From Bacillota bacterium (GTDB lineage Bacteria > Bacillota > Clostridia > Christensenellales > Aristaeellaceae): a DNA stretch of 64,000 nucleotides. The DNA lies in assembly GCA_963169565.1 (NCBI GenBank), contig CAUJDI010000045.1:13277-77276 (forward strand). The letters run 5' to 3'. Under the pieces are notes generated by a model. That model worked only from the letters and a program-made list of their open reading frames with translations. It was not told the DNA's origin and did no database searches. This document shows positions 49,261 to 58,391 of this stretch, one piece after another. Position 1 is the first letter of the stretch, and each line of letters begins with the position of its first letter. The translations under genes and the position numbers were made by a program.

Positions 49261-50556
49261 ATGCCTGAATATAAACTGGTCATCTCCGGCGGCAGGGAAC
49301 TCAGGGGCGAGACGAGCGTGTCCGGCGGCAAGAACACGTCGCTCGCCGTCATCCCGGCGGCGCTGCTGGCGGATTACCCATGCCAGATCGAGAACCTTCC
49401 CGACATCGACGACGTCCGAGTGCTCGTCCGGATCCTCAGGTCCCTGGGCGCGAAGGTGGACTGGCACCCGGAAGCGAAGCAGATGGTGATCGACCCCGGC
49501 ACTGTGACCAGCAATACCGTCCCTTTCGCCCTGAGCCAGAAGATGCGCGCCAGCTATTACCTGATGGGCGCGCTGCTGGGGCGCTACGGGTCCGCAAGGG
49601 TCGGCTACCCGGGCGGGTGCGACCTTGGCAGCAGGCCGATCGACCAGCACCTGAAGGGCTTCCGCGCCCTGGGGGCCAGCATCCGCGACGAAAACGGGAT
49701 GATCGTCACGGAAGGCAGGCTCAAGGGCGCCAACATCAATTTTGACATGGTCACCGTGGGCGGGACCATCAACGTCATGCTGGCGGCTGTGCGCGCCGAA
49801 GGCGATACCTTGATGACCAACTGCGCAAAAGAGCCGCATATCGTCGATACCGCGAACTTCCTCAACCGGATCGGCGCTCACATCCGCGGAGCGGGCACCG
49901 ACACCATCCGCATCCACGGCGTAAGCCGGCTAGGCGGCGCGTCCTATACCGTCATCCCGGACCAGATCGAGACCGGGACCCTGATGATCGCCGCTGCCGC
50001 CACCCGCGGGGACGTGACCCTTCACGGATGTATCCCCACGCACATGGAAGCGCTGACGGCAAAACTGCTTGAGATGGGCGTGATGGTCACCAGCCAGGAC
50101 GACGTCATCAGCGTGAAGCTGCGCCAGGGACACCGCGCCATCAGGCTGAGCACGCAGGAGTATCCCGGCTTTCCCACCGATCTGCAGCAGCCGATGTCAG
50201 CGCTGCTCACCCGCGCGGTGGGGACCAGCGAGGTCATCGAGAATATTTTCGAGTCCCGTTTCAAGCACCTGGACGAGATGCGCAAGATGGGGGCAAAAGC
50301 CGTCATCAACGGACGGGTCGCGCACATCGAGGGCGTGCCGGAACTGCACGCAGCGCCGGTGTATGCGCCTGACCTGCGCGGCGGCGCGGCCCTGGTCATC
50401 GCCGGTCTGATGGCGCATGGCACGACGGAGATCTACAACCCCGAAAACATCGCGCGCGGTTATGAGCACCTGGAGAACAAGCTCAACCGCCTGGGCGCGA
50501 GCATCAGCAGGATGCCCTGTGTCAATGAGGTCAACGGCGATGCAATCCGCGTTTGA
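49261..50556 (+). CDS. murA: UDP-N-acetylglucosamine 1-carboxyvinyltransferase
   Basis: LVISGG..L.GE..VSGGKN and GGCDLGSRPIDQHL (active-site Cys loop). Start at Met90 of the track ORF; GGAGG lies 12 nt upstream. Confidence 0.9.
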   Translation: MPEYKLVISGGRELRGETSVSGGKNTSLAVIPAALLADYPCQIENLPDIDDVRVLVRILRSLGAKVDWHPEAKQMVIDPGTVTSNTVPFALSQKMRASYYLMGALLGRYGSARVGYPGGCDLGSRPIDQHLKGFRALGASIRDENGMIVTEGRLKGANINFDMVTVGGTINVMLAAVRAEGDTLMTNCAKEPHIVDTANFLNRIGAHIRGAGTDTIRIHGVSRLGGASYTVIPDQIETGTLMIAAAATRGDVTLHGCIPTHMEALTAKLLEMGVMVTSQDDVISVKLRQGHRAIRLSTQEYPGFPTDLQQPMSALLTRAVGTSEVIENIFESRFKHLDEMRKMGAKAVINGRVAHIEGVPELHAAPVYAPDLRGGAALVIAGLMAHGTTEIYNPENIARGYEHLENKLNRLGASISRMPCVNEVNGDAIRV

Positions 50557-51067
50557 GCTGCTGGGCCTTCAGCCGGGAGCGGACGAGACCTCTGTCCGCG
50601 CGGCTTACCATCAATTGGTCAAAACCTGCCATCCGGACAGCTTTTCGGACCCGGAAATGCAGAAAGCCGGACAGGAAAGGCTGATCAGCATCAACCTTGC
50701 CTATGAGCAGGCGATGAAGATCGTCGAATCAAGGCAGACCGCCTCCGCCTCCCTTCCTTGCGAACAAGCCAAGAACTGGGCAAAGAAGCTGCTGGAGCGC
50801 AGGCAGTACGAACTGGCGCTGCTTCAGCTGAGCAAGGCGGAGAGCAAGGACGCCGAGTGGTTTGCCCTGCAGGGGGAGACGCTCACAGGTCTGAAGCAGT
50901 ACCTGAGCGCCTACCAGGCCTGGCGGACAGCGGCGCGCACGGACCCCTCCTGCCTGGCGTACCGGCGGGGGGCGCTAGAGGCTGAGATGAAGCTGAAGAA
51001 GATGGGGTCCTTCACACAGAAGACCTTAAGCCAGGTGAAAGCGCTCTTTCAGCGGAAAGACAGCTGA
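50540..51067 (+). CDS. J-domain (DnaJ-like) protein with TPR-like C-terminus
   Basis: FELLGL...AYHQLVKTCHPD (HPD motif). Start at Met42 of the track ORF; overlaps the murA end by 17 nt. Confidence 0.7.
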   Translation: MQSAFELLGLQPGADETSVRAAYHQLVKTCHPDSFSDPEMQKAGQERLISINLAYEQAMKIVESRQTASASLPCEQAKNWAKKLLERRQYELALLQLSKAESKDAEWFALQGETLTGLKQYLSAYQAWRTAARTDPSCLAYRRGALEAEMKLKKMGSFTQKTLSQVKALFQRKDS

Positions 51068-51145
51068 GAAATGCCCCGGGAAAAAAACCTGCGATTGAAG
51101 GAAGCCCCCTTCAGGGCAGGTTTTTCCTGTTTGACAGATGCCGGG

Positions 51146-51688
51146 ATGCGATATCAGCTGATCCGGAGCAGCCGCAGGACCGTGTCATTGGAAGTGACCC
51201 CGGAAGGCGCGCTGATCGTCCGCGCGCCCGCCCAAATGCCAGACAGAGCTGTTGAGCGTTTTGTCCTGGACAGGGCGGACTGGATCAAAAAGCACCTGTC
51301 ACACCTGAAGCCGCGCCCGGAAGCGTTCAGCGCCTGGGAGGAACAACTGCTTCGGAAAAAAGCGCAGAAACTGCTTCCGGAATTGATCGCCCGATACGGG
51401 CGGATGCTTTGCGTATCCCCGGCGACCATCCGCGTGACTGCTGCCAAAAAACGCTTCGGCAGCTGCAGCGCCAGGGGCAGCGTATGTTTTTCCTTCAGGC
51501 TGTTCGCCTATCCCAGGGAAGCGGTCGAATACGTCGTGGCACACGAGCTGGCTCATTTGAAACACCTGAACCATTCCCCCGCGTTCTACCGGCTGCTGGG
51601 GGAGGTCATGCCCGATTACAGGCGGCGCGCCAGATTGCTGGCACATCCCGCGGAAGATTGTCTCAGAAACGGTATGGGAGGAATATGA
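51146..51688 (+). CDS. DUF45/YgjP-like (M48-related) metallopeptidase
   Basis: HELAHLKHLNHSPAFY (HExxH). The family typically starts close to the Y.L.RS.RR segment, so the ATG at 51146 is preferred over 51071. Confidence 0.75.
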   Translation: MRYQLIRSSRRTVSLEVTPEGALIVRAPAQMPDRAVERFVLDRADWIKKHLSHLKPRPEAFSAWEEQLLRKKAQKLLPELIARYGRMLCVSPATIRVTAAKKRFGSCSARGSVCFSFRLFAYPREAVEYVVAHELAHLKHLNHSPAFYRLLGEVMPDYRRRARLLAHPAEDCLRNGMGGI

Positions 51689-52533
51689 TGTACAGGATCA
51701 CCGCGAAGACGCGCCTGAGCGGCAATGCCTCAAAGATATCCGTCCTCGCGCCCCTCATCGCCAGAAAAGCACAGGCGGGACAGTTCATCATCCTCAGGGC
51801 GAAGGAAGATTCCGAGCGGATCCCCCTGACCATCCACGACCAGGACAGGGAGCAGGGCACCGTGACCGTGGTCTACCAGGTCGTCGGCGCGGGCACGATG
51901 GAGCTTGATACCCTGGAATCCGGCGATTCCTTGCACGACCTTGTCGGACCCTTGGGTACGGCGACCAAAACGGAGGGAATCAAAAAAGTCTGTGTGATCG
52001 GCGGGGGTGTTGGCTGCGCGATCGCCTACCCGGTCGCCCGGAAACTGTTTGAGCAGGGCAGCGAGGTCCACGTCATCGCCGGGTTCAGGAGCAGGGACTT
52101 CGTGTTTCTGGAAAAGGAGTTCAAAAAAGTATCACACGTTCTGAAGGTCATGACGGACGACGGCAGCTACGGTTCGCGCGGCCTGGTCACGGACGCGCTG
52201 GAGGGGATGATCGCCGAGGGCCATCATTATGATGAAGTCATCGCCATCGGCCCGCTGGTCATGATGAAGTACGTCAGCCTGCTGACAAAGAAATACGGCA
52301 TCAAAACGACGGTGTCCATGAATCCGATCATGGTGGACGGTACCGGTATGTGCGGAGGCTGCCGCCTGACAGTGGGCGGGAAGATCAGGTTTGCCTGCGT
52401 GGACGGGCCGGACTTTGACGGGCATGAGGTGGACTTTGACGAGGTGATCAGCCGTAACCGCATTTATGAGGACTTTGAGCGGCGGGAGCGCGAGGAGAAC
52501 TGCCTTCTTTTCAAAAAGGAGGTGCAGAGCTGA
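51685..52533 (+). CDS. nfnA: NADH-dependent reduced ferredoxin:NADP+ oxidoreductase subunit A (sulfide dehydrogenase-like FAD/NAD protein)
   Basis: 282 aa with a C-terminal CGGCRLTVGGKIRFACVDGP [2Fe-2S] motif. ATGA overlap with the upstream gene. Confidence 0.8.
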   Translation: MMYRITAKTRLSGNASKISVLAPLIARKAQAGQFIILRAKEDSERIPLTIHDQDREQGTVTVVYQVVGAGTMELDTLESGDSLHDLVGPLGTATKTEGIKKVCVIGGGVGCAIAYPVARKLFEQGSEVHVIAGFRSRDFVFLEKEFKKVSHVLKVMTDDGSYGSRGLVTDALEGMIAEGHHYDEVIAIGPLVMMKYVSLLTKKYGIKTTVSMNPIMVDGTGMCGGCRLTVGGKIRFACVDGPDFDGHEVDFDEVISRNRIYEDFERREREENCLLFKKEVQS

Positions 52534-53945
52534 TGAGTCGCAACATGTCCCCCAGCAAAGTCGCCATGCCGGCGCAGGATCCGCAGGAGCGCAGCCTGAA
52601 CTTCAGGGAAGTCGCCCTGGGCTACACGCGCGAAATGGCCATGGAGGAAGCCGCGCGCTGCCTTGAATGCAAGCACAGGCCCTGTGTGAACGGCTGCCCC
52701 GTCAAGATCGACATCCCCGGCTTCATCCGGGAGATCGCCAGGGGAAACATGGAGGAAGCTTTCCTCATCCTCAACAGGGACAGCGCCCTGCCGGCGGTCT
52801 GCGGCCGCGTCTGCCCGCAGGAGACCCAGTGCGAACAGACCTGCGTCCGGGGCATCAAGGGTGAGAGCGTGTCCATCGGGCGCCTGGAACGCTACGCCGC
52901 CGACTGGTACAGGGAGAACGCATGCACGCTGCCGCCCAGACCGGAACCGAACGGACACAGGGCGGCGGTCGTGGGTGCGGGGCCGGGCGGGCTGACCGCC
53001 GCGGGCGAGCTGGCCCGGATGGGCTACGCGGTGACCGTGTTTGAAGCGCTTCACCTGCCCGGCGGGGTGCTCACCTACGGCATCCCGGAGTTCCGCCTGC
53101 CCAAGGACATCGTGATGGCGGAGGTGGACGCGCTCAGGCGGCTGGGCGTGGAGATCCAGCTCAACACGGTCATCGGAAAGACGCTGAGCATCGACGAACT
53201 GCTGGAATACGGTTATGAGGGCATCTTCATCGCCAGCGGCGCCGGCCTGCCCCGCTTCATGGGCATCCCGGGTGAGACATTGAAAGGCGTGTATTCCGCC
53301 AACGAATACCTGACCCGCATCAATCTGATGAAAGCTTATGAGAAAGACAGCCTGACCCCCGTCATGCGCGGCAGGCACGTGGCCGTAGTGGGCGGGGGCA
53401 ACGTGGCCATGGACGCCGCGCGCTGCGCCAGGCGGCTTGGCGCGGAGGAGGTGTCCATCGTCTACCGCCGCGGGATAAAGGAGCTGCCGGCCCGGCTGGA
53501 GGAGGTCCACCACGCGCAGGAGGAGGGCATCACCTTTCGGATGCTGACCAACCCGGTACAGGTGTTGGGCGACGCGAACGGCTGGGTGCGCGGCCTGGAA
53601 TGCGTCCGAATGACCCTGGGGGAGCCGGATGCCTCCGGCCGCAGACGCCCCATCGAGGAGCCAGGCAGCAATTATGACCTTCCCGCAGACGTGGTGGTCA
53701 TCGCCATCGGGACTTCCAGCAATCCCCTCATCCGCCTGACCACCCCGGGGCTGGAGACCGACCAGTGGGGCTGCATCAAAACCAAGGGACCCGGCGGTGA
53801 GACCAGCCGGGAGAAAGTGTTTGCCGGAGGCGACGTTGTGACGGGCTCAGCCACGGTCATCCTGGCCATGGGCGCCGGCAAGGACGCCGCGCGCGCGATG
53901 GACAGGATGATCCGGGGCAGGGAAATGGCGGTTCAGCATGGCTGA
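52533..53945 (+). CDS. nfnB: NfnB / glutamate synthase small-subunit-like NADPH oxidoreductase
   Basis: 470 aa. CLECKHRPCVNGCP, VVGAGPGGL, VVGGGNVAMD. One-base overlap (TGATG) with nfnA. Confidence 0.85.
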   Translation: MSRNMSPSKVAMPAQDPQERSLNFREVALGYTREMAMEEAARCLECKHRPCVNGCPVKIDIPGFIREIARGNMEEAFLILNRDSALPAVCGRVCPQETQCEQTCVRGIKGESVSIGRLERYAADWYRENACTLPPRPEPNGHRAAVVGAGPGGLTAAGELARMGYAVTVFEALHLPGGVLTYGIPEFRLPKDIVMAEVDALRRLGVEIQLNTVIGKTLSIDELLEYGYEGIFIASGAGLPRFMGIPGETLKGVYSANEYLTRINLMKAYEKDSLTPVMRGRHVAVVGGGNVAMDAARCARRLGAEEVSIVYRRGIKELPARLEEVHHAQEEGITFRMLTNPVQVLGDANGWVRGLECVRMTLGEPDASGRRRPIEEPGSNYDLPADVVVIAIGTSSNPLIRLTTPGLETDQWGCIKTKGPGGETSREKVFAGGDVVTGSATVILAMGAGKDAARAMDRMIRGREMAVQHG

Positions 53946-53981
53946 GCGCAAATGAAGCCACTTGAACATTTACATATCAAA

Positions 53982-54016
53982 GGAACCGCGGCGCACAGGC
54001 CGCGGTTCCTTTGTAT
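53982..54016. terminator. bidirectional terminator between nfnB and msrA
   Basis: GGAACCGCGGC / GCCGCGGTTCC 11 bp stem, TTTGTATG downstream and an A-rich tract upstream. Confidence 0.85.
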
Positions 54017-54030
54017 GATAGGAGAACGGG

Positions 54031-54936
54031 CTATTCTACTTTATACGGCCAGTTGATGATCCCGCCCAGGTCCCAGAGGTTGGTGTAGCCTTGCCTGACC
54101 AACTGGAGAGCCCCTGTCTGGCTGCGGGCTCCGGAGCGGCAGTAAAGGTAGATCAGGGCGTCCTTGTCCGGCAGATGGGTCTTTGCCAGCTCCGTCAGCT
54201 GACCCAGCGGCAGGTTGATCGCGCCGGGGATATGGCCGGCATCGAACTCATAGGGCTCGCGCACGTCGACGATGATCGGGTCCTGCCCCGCGTCCATGGC
54301 GGCCTTGGCATCCCTGGGGGTGATGGCGCGGTACTCAGCCTTGCGCGGTTCAGGTTTTCTGCCGGTCTCGCGGGCGCGCTGGAAGTCTTCCTGGGTCAGG
54401 TGACAGTAGCCGTAGGGATTCTTCACCAGATAATCCTGATGGTACTCCTCCGCGTCCCAGAACGCGCTCAGGGGCTCGATCCGGACAAAAAAGGCGGCGT
54501 GTTTCGATTTCTCGGCTTCTGCGGCTGCCCTAATGACCTCACCGTCAGCCTCGTCCACATAGAAAATGCCCGTCTGGTATTGTGTGCCGACGTCGTTGCC
54601 CTGACGGTTCTCCACCGTCGGGTCGATGGACGAGAAATACAGCCCCAGCAGTTCCTCAAGCGTGACCAGAGACGGGTCATACCGGACCTCGACGGTCTCC
54701 CGGTGTCCGGTGGTCCCTGTGACCACCTGCTGGTAGGTTGGGTTCTCCAGCGTGCCGTTCGCATATCCGCTCACAGCCTGAATGACCCCGGGAACCTGCG
54801 CCATCATGTGTTCAACGCCCCAGAAACAGCCCCCGGCGAAATAGACCAGCCTGCTTCCCTCCGCATTGACGGGAACTGCGAAAAACAAAACGCCCAGCAG
54901 GGTGATGACGATCAGTGTTACGATGGTTGCGGTCAT
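54031..54936 (-). CDS. msrA: exported peptide-methionine (S)-S-oxide reductase MsrA fused to a C-terminal rhodanese domain
   Basis: Signal/anchor MTATIVTLIVITLLGVLFFAVPVNA, MsrA GCFWGVE, and rhodanese active-site loop YCRSGARS. Start at Met23 of the track ORF, after AGGAGGAGGAAAG. Confidence 0.85.
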   Translation of the reverse strand: MTATIVTLIVITLLGVLFFAVPVNAEGSRLVYFAGGCFWGVEHMMAQVPGVIQAVSGYANGTLENPTYQQVVTGTTGHRETVEVRYDPSLVTLEELLGLYFSSIDPTVENRQGNDVGTQYQTGIFYVDEADGEVIRAAAEAEKSKHAAFFVRIEPLSAFWDAEEYHQDYLVKNPYGYCHLTQEDFQRARETGRKPEPRKAEYRAITPRDAKAAMDAGQDPIIVDVREPYEFDAGHIPGAINLPLGQLTELAKTHLPDKDALIYLYCRSGARSQTGALQLVRQGYTNLWDLGGIINWPYKVE

Positions 54937-55044
54937 GATCTTTCCTCCTCCTTGATTCCTGATGATTCTACCCCTCCGGCAGCCTTTCAAGCAGCGCTTC
55001 ATTTCACCGGGCTTTCAGGCTATAATGGCACAGATGGAGGAGAC

Positions 55045-55494
55045 ATGATCCGTAAGACCGCCTTGCCTGCGCTGCTGATTACATTGCTGGACCTGACGCT
55101 CAAGCTGATCCCCCTGGGGGAGAACAGGCCCTTGATCCCCGGCATCCTTGGGATCCACAGCCTGTCCAACAAGGGGGTCGCTTTCGGGTTTCTGGCTCAG
55201 AGCCCCCTTGTCAACCTGCTGCTGATCGTTCTGCTCCTCCTTTCAGCCGGAGCGTGGCTGCATCACAATCCGCCGTCAGGGCTTCAGGCGTGGGCGGCGG
55301 CGATGATGCTGGGCGGCGCGGCCGGGAACCTGATGGATCGCATGGCGCATGGCGCGGTGAGCGATTACCTTCAGTTCCTTTTCTTCCAGTTTCCGGTGTT
55401 CAACCTGGCCGATGCCTGCGTGACCGTCGGCGCGGGCTTCCTGATCCTGAACATGCTCCTTGCGCGTGAGAAGCCGAGATATGAACAAGATTAA
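55045..55494 (+). CDS. lspA: lipoprotein signal peptidase II
   Basis: 149 aa with NKGVAFG and VFNLADA. This is only the last third of track ORF 54091..55494; the rest is antisense to msrA. RBS GGAGGAGAC. Confidence 0.88.
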   Translation: MIRKTALPALLITLLDLTLKLIPLGENRPLIPGILGIHSLSNKGVAFGFLAQSPLVNLLLIVLLLLSAGAWLHHNPPSGLQAWAAAMMLGGAAGNLMDRMAHGAVSDYLQFLFFQFPVFNLADACVTVGAGFLILNMLLAREKPRYEQD

Positions 55495-56392
55495 TAGAAC
55501 AGGCAACGGCACCCGGCTGGACCTGCTATTGGCGGACGGAGATCTTTCCCGTTCCCAGGCGGCCCGGCTCATCCGGGACGGTCAGGTCAGCGTCAACGGG
55601 ATTGTGGTGAACAAGCCCTCGTTTATTCCGATTATCGGTGCCGAAGTGGTTCTCTCCCTTCATGAAGCGGCGGATTCAGGGAACTTGGCGGAGGATATTC
55701 CCATATCCATCCTTTATGAGGATGAGGAGATGGCAGTGATCTGCAAACCCGCCGGGCTGGTGGTGCACCCAGCGGCCGGCAATCCATCCGGCACCCTGGT
55801 AAACGCTTTGCTGTTCCACCTGACCAGCCTCTCCGGCATCGGCGGGGAGAAACGGCCCGGCATCGTGCACCGGCTGGACAAGGACACTTCGGGGCTGATG
55901 CTGGTGGCCAAGAACGACAGGGCTCACCTGGCCCTGTCAAGCGCCCTTTCGGAACGCAGGATCATCAAGCACTACCTTGCGGTGGTGGCCGGGCAGATGA
56001 AAGAAGAAAAGGGCGAAATGAATGGCACCATCGGCCGGAGCCGCAAGGACCGCAAGAAGATGGCGGTGGTGCCGGGCGGCAGGGAGGCCCTCACAAGGTG
56101 GCGGCTGGTCCGCCAGGACGGGCAGAGCGCGCTGGTCCTCATCCATCTGCTCACCGGGCGGACGCACCAGATCCGGGTGCATTTCTCCCATGCCTATCAT
56201 CCGGTGCTGGGCGACCCGCTTTACGGCTTCAAGGGAATGCCCAAAGCCCCTCGGCTGATGCTGCACGCCTGGTCGCTGGCATTTGAGCATCCCATTACAG
56301 GCAAGCGGATGCGCTTCACCGCGATGCCGGAGACGAGCTTTCAGGCGCCACAGGAAGCAGATCTGCTGAGAATTATATCGAAAATGGAATGA
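55481..56392 (+). CDS. rluD: RluA-family 23S rRNA pseudouridine synthase (RluD-like)
   Basis: S4 domain followed by HRLDKDTSG, in the conserved lspA-rluD pairing. Overlaps the lspA end. Confidence 0.9.
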   Translation: MNKINRTGNGTRLDLLLADGDLSRSQAARLIRDGQVSVNGIVVNKPSFIPIIGAEVVLSLHEAADSGNLAEDIPISILYEDEEMAVICKPAGLVVHPAAGNPSGTLVNALLFHLTSLSGIGGEKRPGIVHRLDKDTSGLMLVAKNDRAHLALSSALSERRIIKHYLAVVAGQMKEEKGEMNGTIGRSRKDRKKMAVVPGGREALTRWRLVRQDGQSALVLIHLLTGRTHQIRVHFSHAYHPVLGDPLYGFKGMPKAPRLMLHAWSLAFEHPITGKRMRFTAMPETSFQAPQEADLLRIISKME

Positions 56393-56437
56393 CAGCGAAA
56401 TCATATCCTGTGCAAAAATCGAATAGGCTATAACATG

Positions 56438-56475
56438 AGCGCTCGCGGTCACCCTTGCCGCGAGCGCTTTCTTGT
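56438..56475 (+). terminator. intrinsic terminator after rluD
   Basis: AGCGCTCGCGG / CCGCGAGCGCT 11 bp stem followed by TTCTTGT. Confidence 0.8.
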
Positions 56476-56639
56476 ACTATCATGATTTTCCAAATTCATT
56501 TTTGCTCAGTGCAGCAACTGCTGAAGAAAAGACGCAAAACATCAAAAAAATAAAGTTCTAAGGGAGTCCGGTGGCATTCTTTCAAGAACGCCCCCGGCGT
56601 CTTTCCGCTCCCCTGCGTTCCCTTGTGCCCCTCTCCTCG

Positions 56640-57434
56640 TCAGCCCAGCACCATCCGGTCGTTGATGATTTCCTCCCCCGCGCGGCTGGAAAACATCCTG
56701 ATGAGCTGTTCGACGGTGAGTTTTTTCTTCTCCTCGCCGTTGACATCCAGGATGATTTTTCCCTGGCTCATCATGATGAGGCGGTTGCCCACGGCAATGG
56801 CGTCGCGCATGTTGTGGGTGACCATCATGCAGGTAAGGCTCATGCTGCTGATGAAGCGGTCGGACAGCTCCAGCACCTTGCGCGCGGTCTTGGGATCCAG
56901 CGCCGCGGTATGCTCGTCCAGCAGCAGCAGCTTGGGGGTGTTCAGGATCGCCATGAGCAGGGTGAGCGCCTGGCGCTGCCCGCCGGAGAGCAGGCGGACC
57001 TTGACGGACATGCGGTCTTCAAGTCCCAGCCCCAGGGAGGCGAGCTGCTTGCGGAACTCGATCTTTTCCTTGGCGGTGACGCCCCAGCTCAGGCTGCGGA
57101 AGGTGCCCCGCCTCAGGGCGAGGGCCAGGTTCTCCTGGATCTCCATGTCCGCGGCGGTGCCCATCAGCGGGTCCTGGAAAACGCGGCCCAGGTATTTGGC
57201 GCGCTTGTGCTCAGGCAGGTTGTCGATCCGAAGGCCGTCCAGTTCGATACTGCCCTTTTCCTGCCGGTAGACGCCGGCAATGCAGTTGAGCAGGGTCGAC
57301 TTGCCGGCGCCGTTGCCGCCGATGACGGTGACGAAATCCCCGGGCTTCAGGTACAGGCTGACGTCATCCAGCGCGGTCTTCTCATTGATGGTGCCGGGAT
57401 TGAATACCTTGTTGAGCCCTGTGACTTTAAGCAT
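56640..57434 (-). CDS. ABC transporter ATP-binding protein (ABC_sub_bind-type uptake system)
   Basis: GGNGAGKST, LSGGQRQALTL, LLLLDEHTAALD. Overlaps the permease gene end. Confidence 0.9.
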   Translation of the reverse strand: MLKVTGLNKVFNPGTINEKTALDDVSLYLKPGDFVTVIGGNGAGKSTLLNCIAGVYRQEKGSIELDGLRIDNLPEHKRAKYLGRVFQDPLMGTAADMEIQENLALALRRGTFRSLSWGVTAKEKIEFRKQLASLGLGLEDRMSVKVRLLSGGQRQALTLLMAILNTPKLLLLDEHTAALDPKTARKVLELSDRFISSMSLTCMMVTHNMRDAIAVGNRLIMMSQGKIILDVNGEEKKKLTVEQLIRMFSSRAGEEIINDRMVLG

Positions 57435-58332
57435 GGCTCTTCCTCCCGTTCATGGACACCTTGAGGGTATCCCGCAGGTCCTTGAACCGCGGCAGGGAAA
57501 GCGCCAGGGCAACGGTGAGCGCGGTGAAAAGCTTCAGGTCATCCGCGGGCATGCCCAGGCGAAGCACCAGGGCGATGATGACGCGGTAGGTCATCGCGCC
57601 AAAAAGCATGGACAGCAGGCGGCTCAAAAAGCTGCGCTTGCCGAAGAGCACTTCGCCGATGATCAGGCTGGCCAGGCCTATGACGATGGCGCCGGTGCCC
57701 ATCTGTACGTCGGCATAGTTCTGCGACTGGGCGATGAGCCCGCCGGAAAGGGCGACCAGCCCGTTGGCCAGCATCAGCCCGATGAGGATGGTGCTGTCGG
57801 TGTTGACGCCCTGGGCGCGCACCATGCGGGGATTGTTGCCGGTGGCCCGGATGGCGCTGCCGATCTCCGTTCCGAAAAACCAATAGAGGGTGAAAACGAT
57901 GGCCAGGGCCATCAGACCGCCCAGGAGGATGACGGAGACCGTTTTGCTCAGGCCCAGCAGGCTGCCCAGGATGGAGTAGGCGGTGGTCATCCGCAGCAGG
58001 GAGACGTTGGCCATGCCCATCACGCGCAGATTGATGGAGTACAGGGCGATCATCGTGAGGATGCCCGACAGCAGCGCGGGGATGCGCAGCTTGGTATGCA
58101 GCAGGCCGGTGGCCAGCCCGGCCGCCATGCCGCCGAAAAAGGCGACCAGCAGCGCAAGGAATGGATCGCCGCCGGTGCTGATCATGCGTGCGCAGACCGA
58201 CGCGCCCAGCGTGATTGAGCCCTCCACCGTCAGATCGGCAACGTCCAGCACCCGGTAGGAAATATAGACGCCCAGGGTCATGATGGACCACAGCAGGCCC
58301 AGGGAGACAGCGCCCAACAGTATTTGTTCCAT
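57427..58332 (-). CDS. ABC transporter permease of the same system
   Basis: 301 aa polytopic membrane protein between the SBP and ATPase genes. Confidence 0.88.
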   Translation of the reverse strand: MEQILLGAVSLGLLWSIMTLGVYISYRVLDVADLTVEGSITLGASVCARMISTGGDPFLALLVAFFGGMAAGLATGLLHTKLRIPALLSGILTMIALYSINLRVMGMANVSLLRMTTAYSILGSLLGLSKTVSVILLGGLMALAIVFTLYWFFGTEIGSAIRATGNNPRMVRAQGVNTDSTILIGLMLANGLVALSGGLIAQSQNYADVQMGTGAIVIGLASLIIGEVLFGKRSFLSRLLSMLFGAMTYRVIIALVLRLGMPADDLKLFTALTVALALSLPRFKDLRDTLKVSMNGRKSHA

Positions 58333-58391
58333 AAAGTCCTCAGTTGTCAGAATGGCCCCTCCCCGGATTCCCGGGGAGGGGATTTGGATGA

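Noticed and set aside
54091-55044. The first ~318 codons of the 467 aa track ORF 54091..55494.
   Set aside because: This part is antisense to the MsrA-rhodanese gene and has no family signal. Only the last 149 codons (from the ATG at 55045, preceded by GGAGGAGAC) form LspA.
56470-56640. AT-rich 170 nt spacer after rluD and downstream of the ABC ATPase gene, containing a 23-codon ORF and a weak hairpin (GACGCC-GGG-GGCGTTC).
   Set aside because: There is no RBS for the small ORF, the hairpin has a short stem and no U-tail, and no known RNA motif was recognised.
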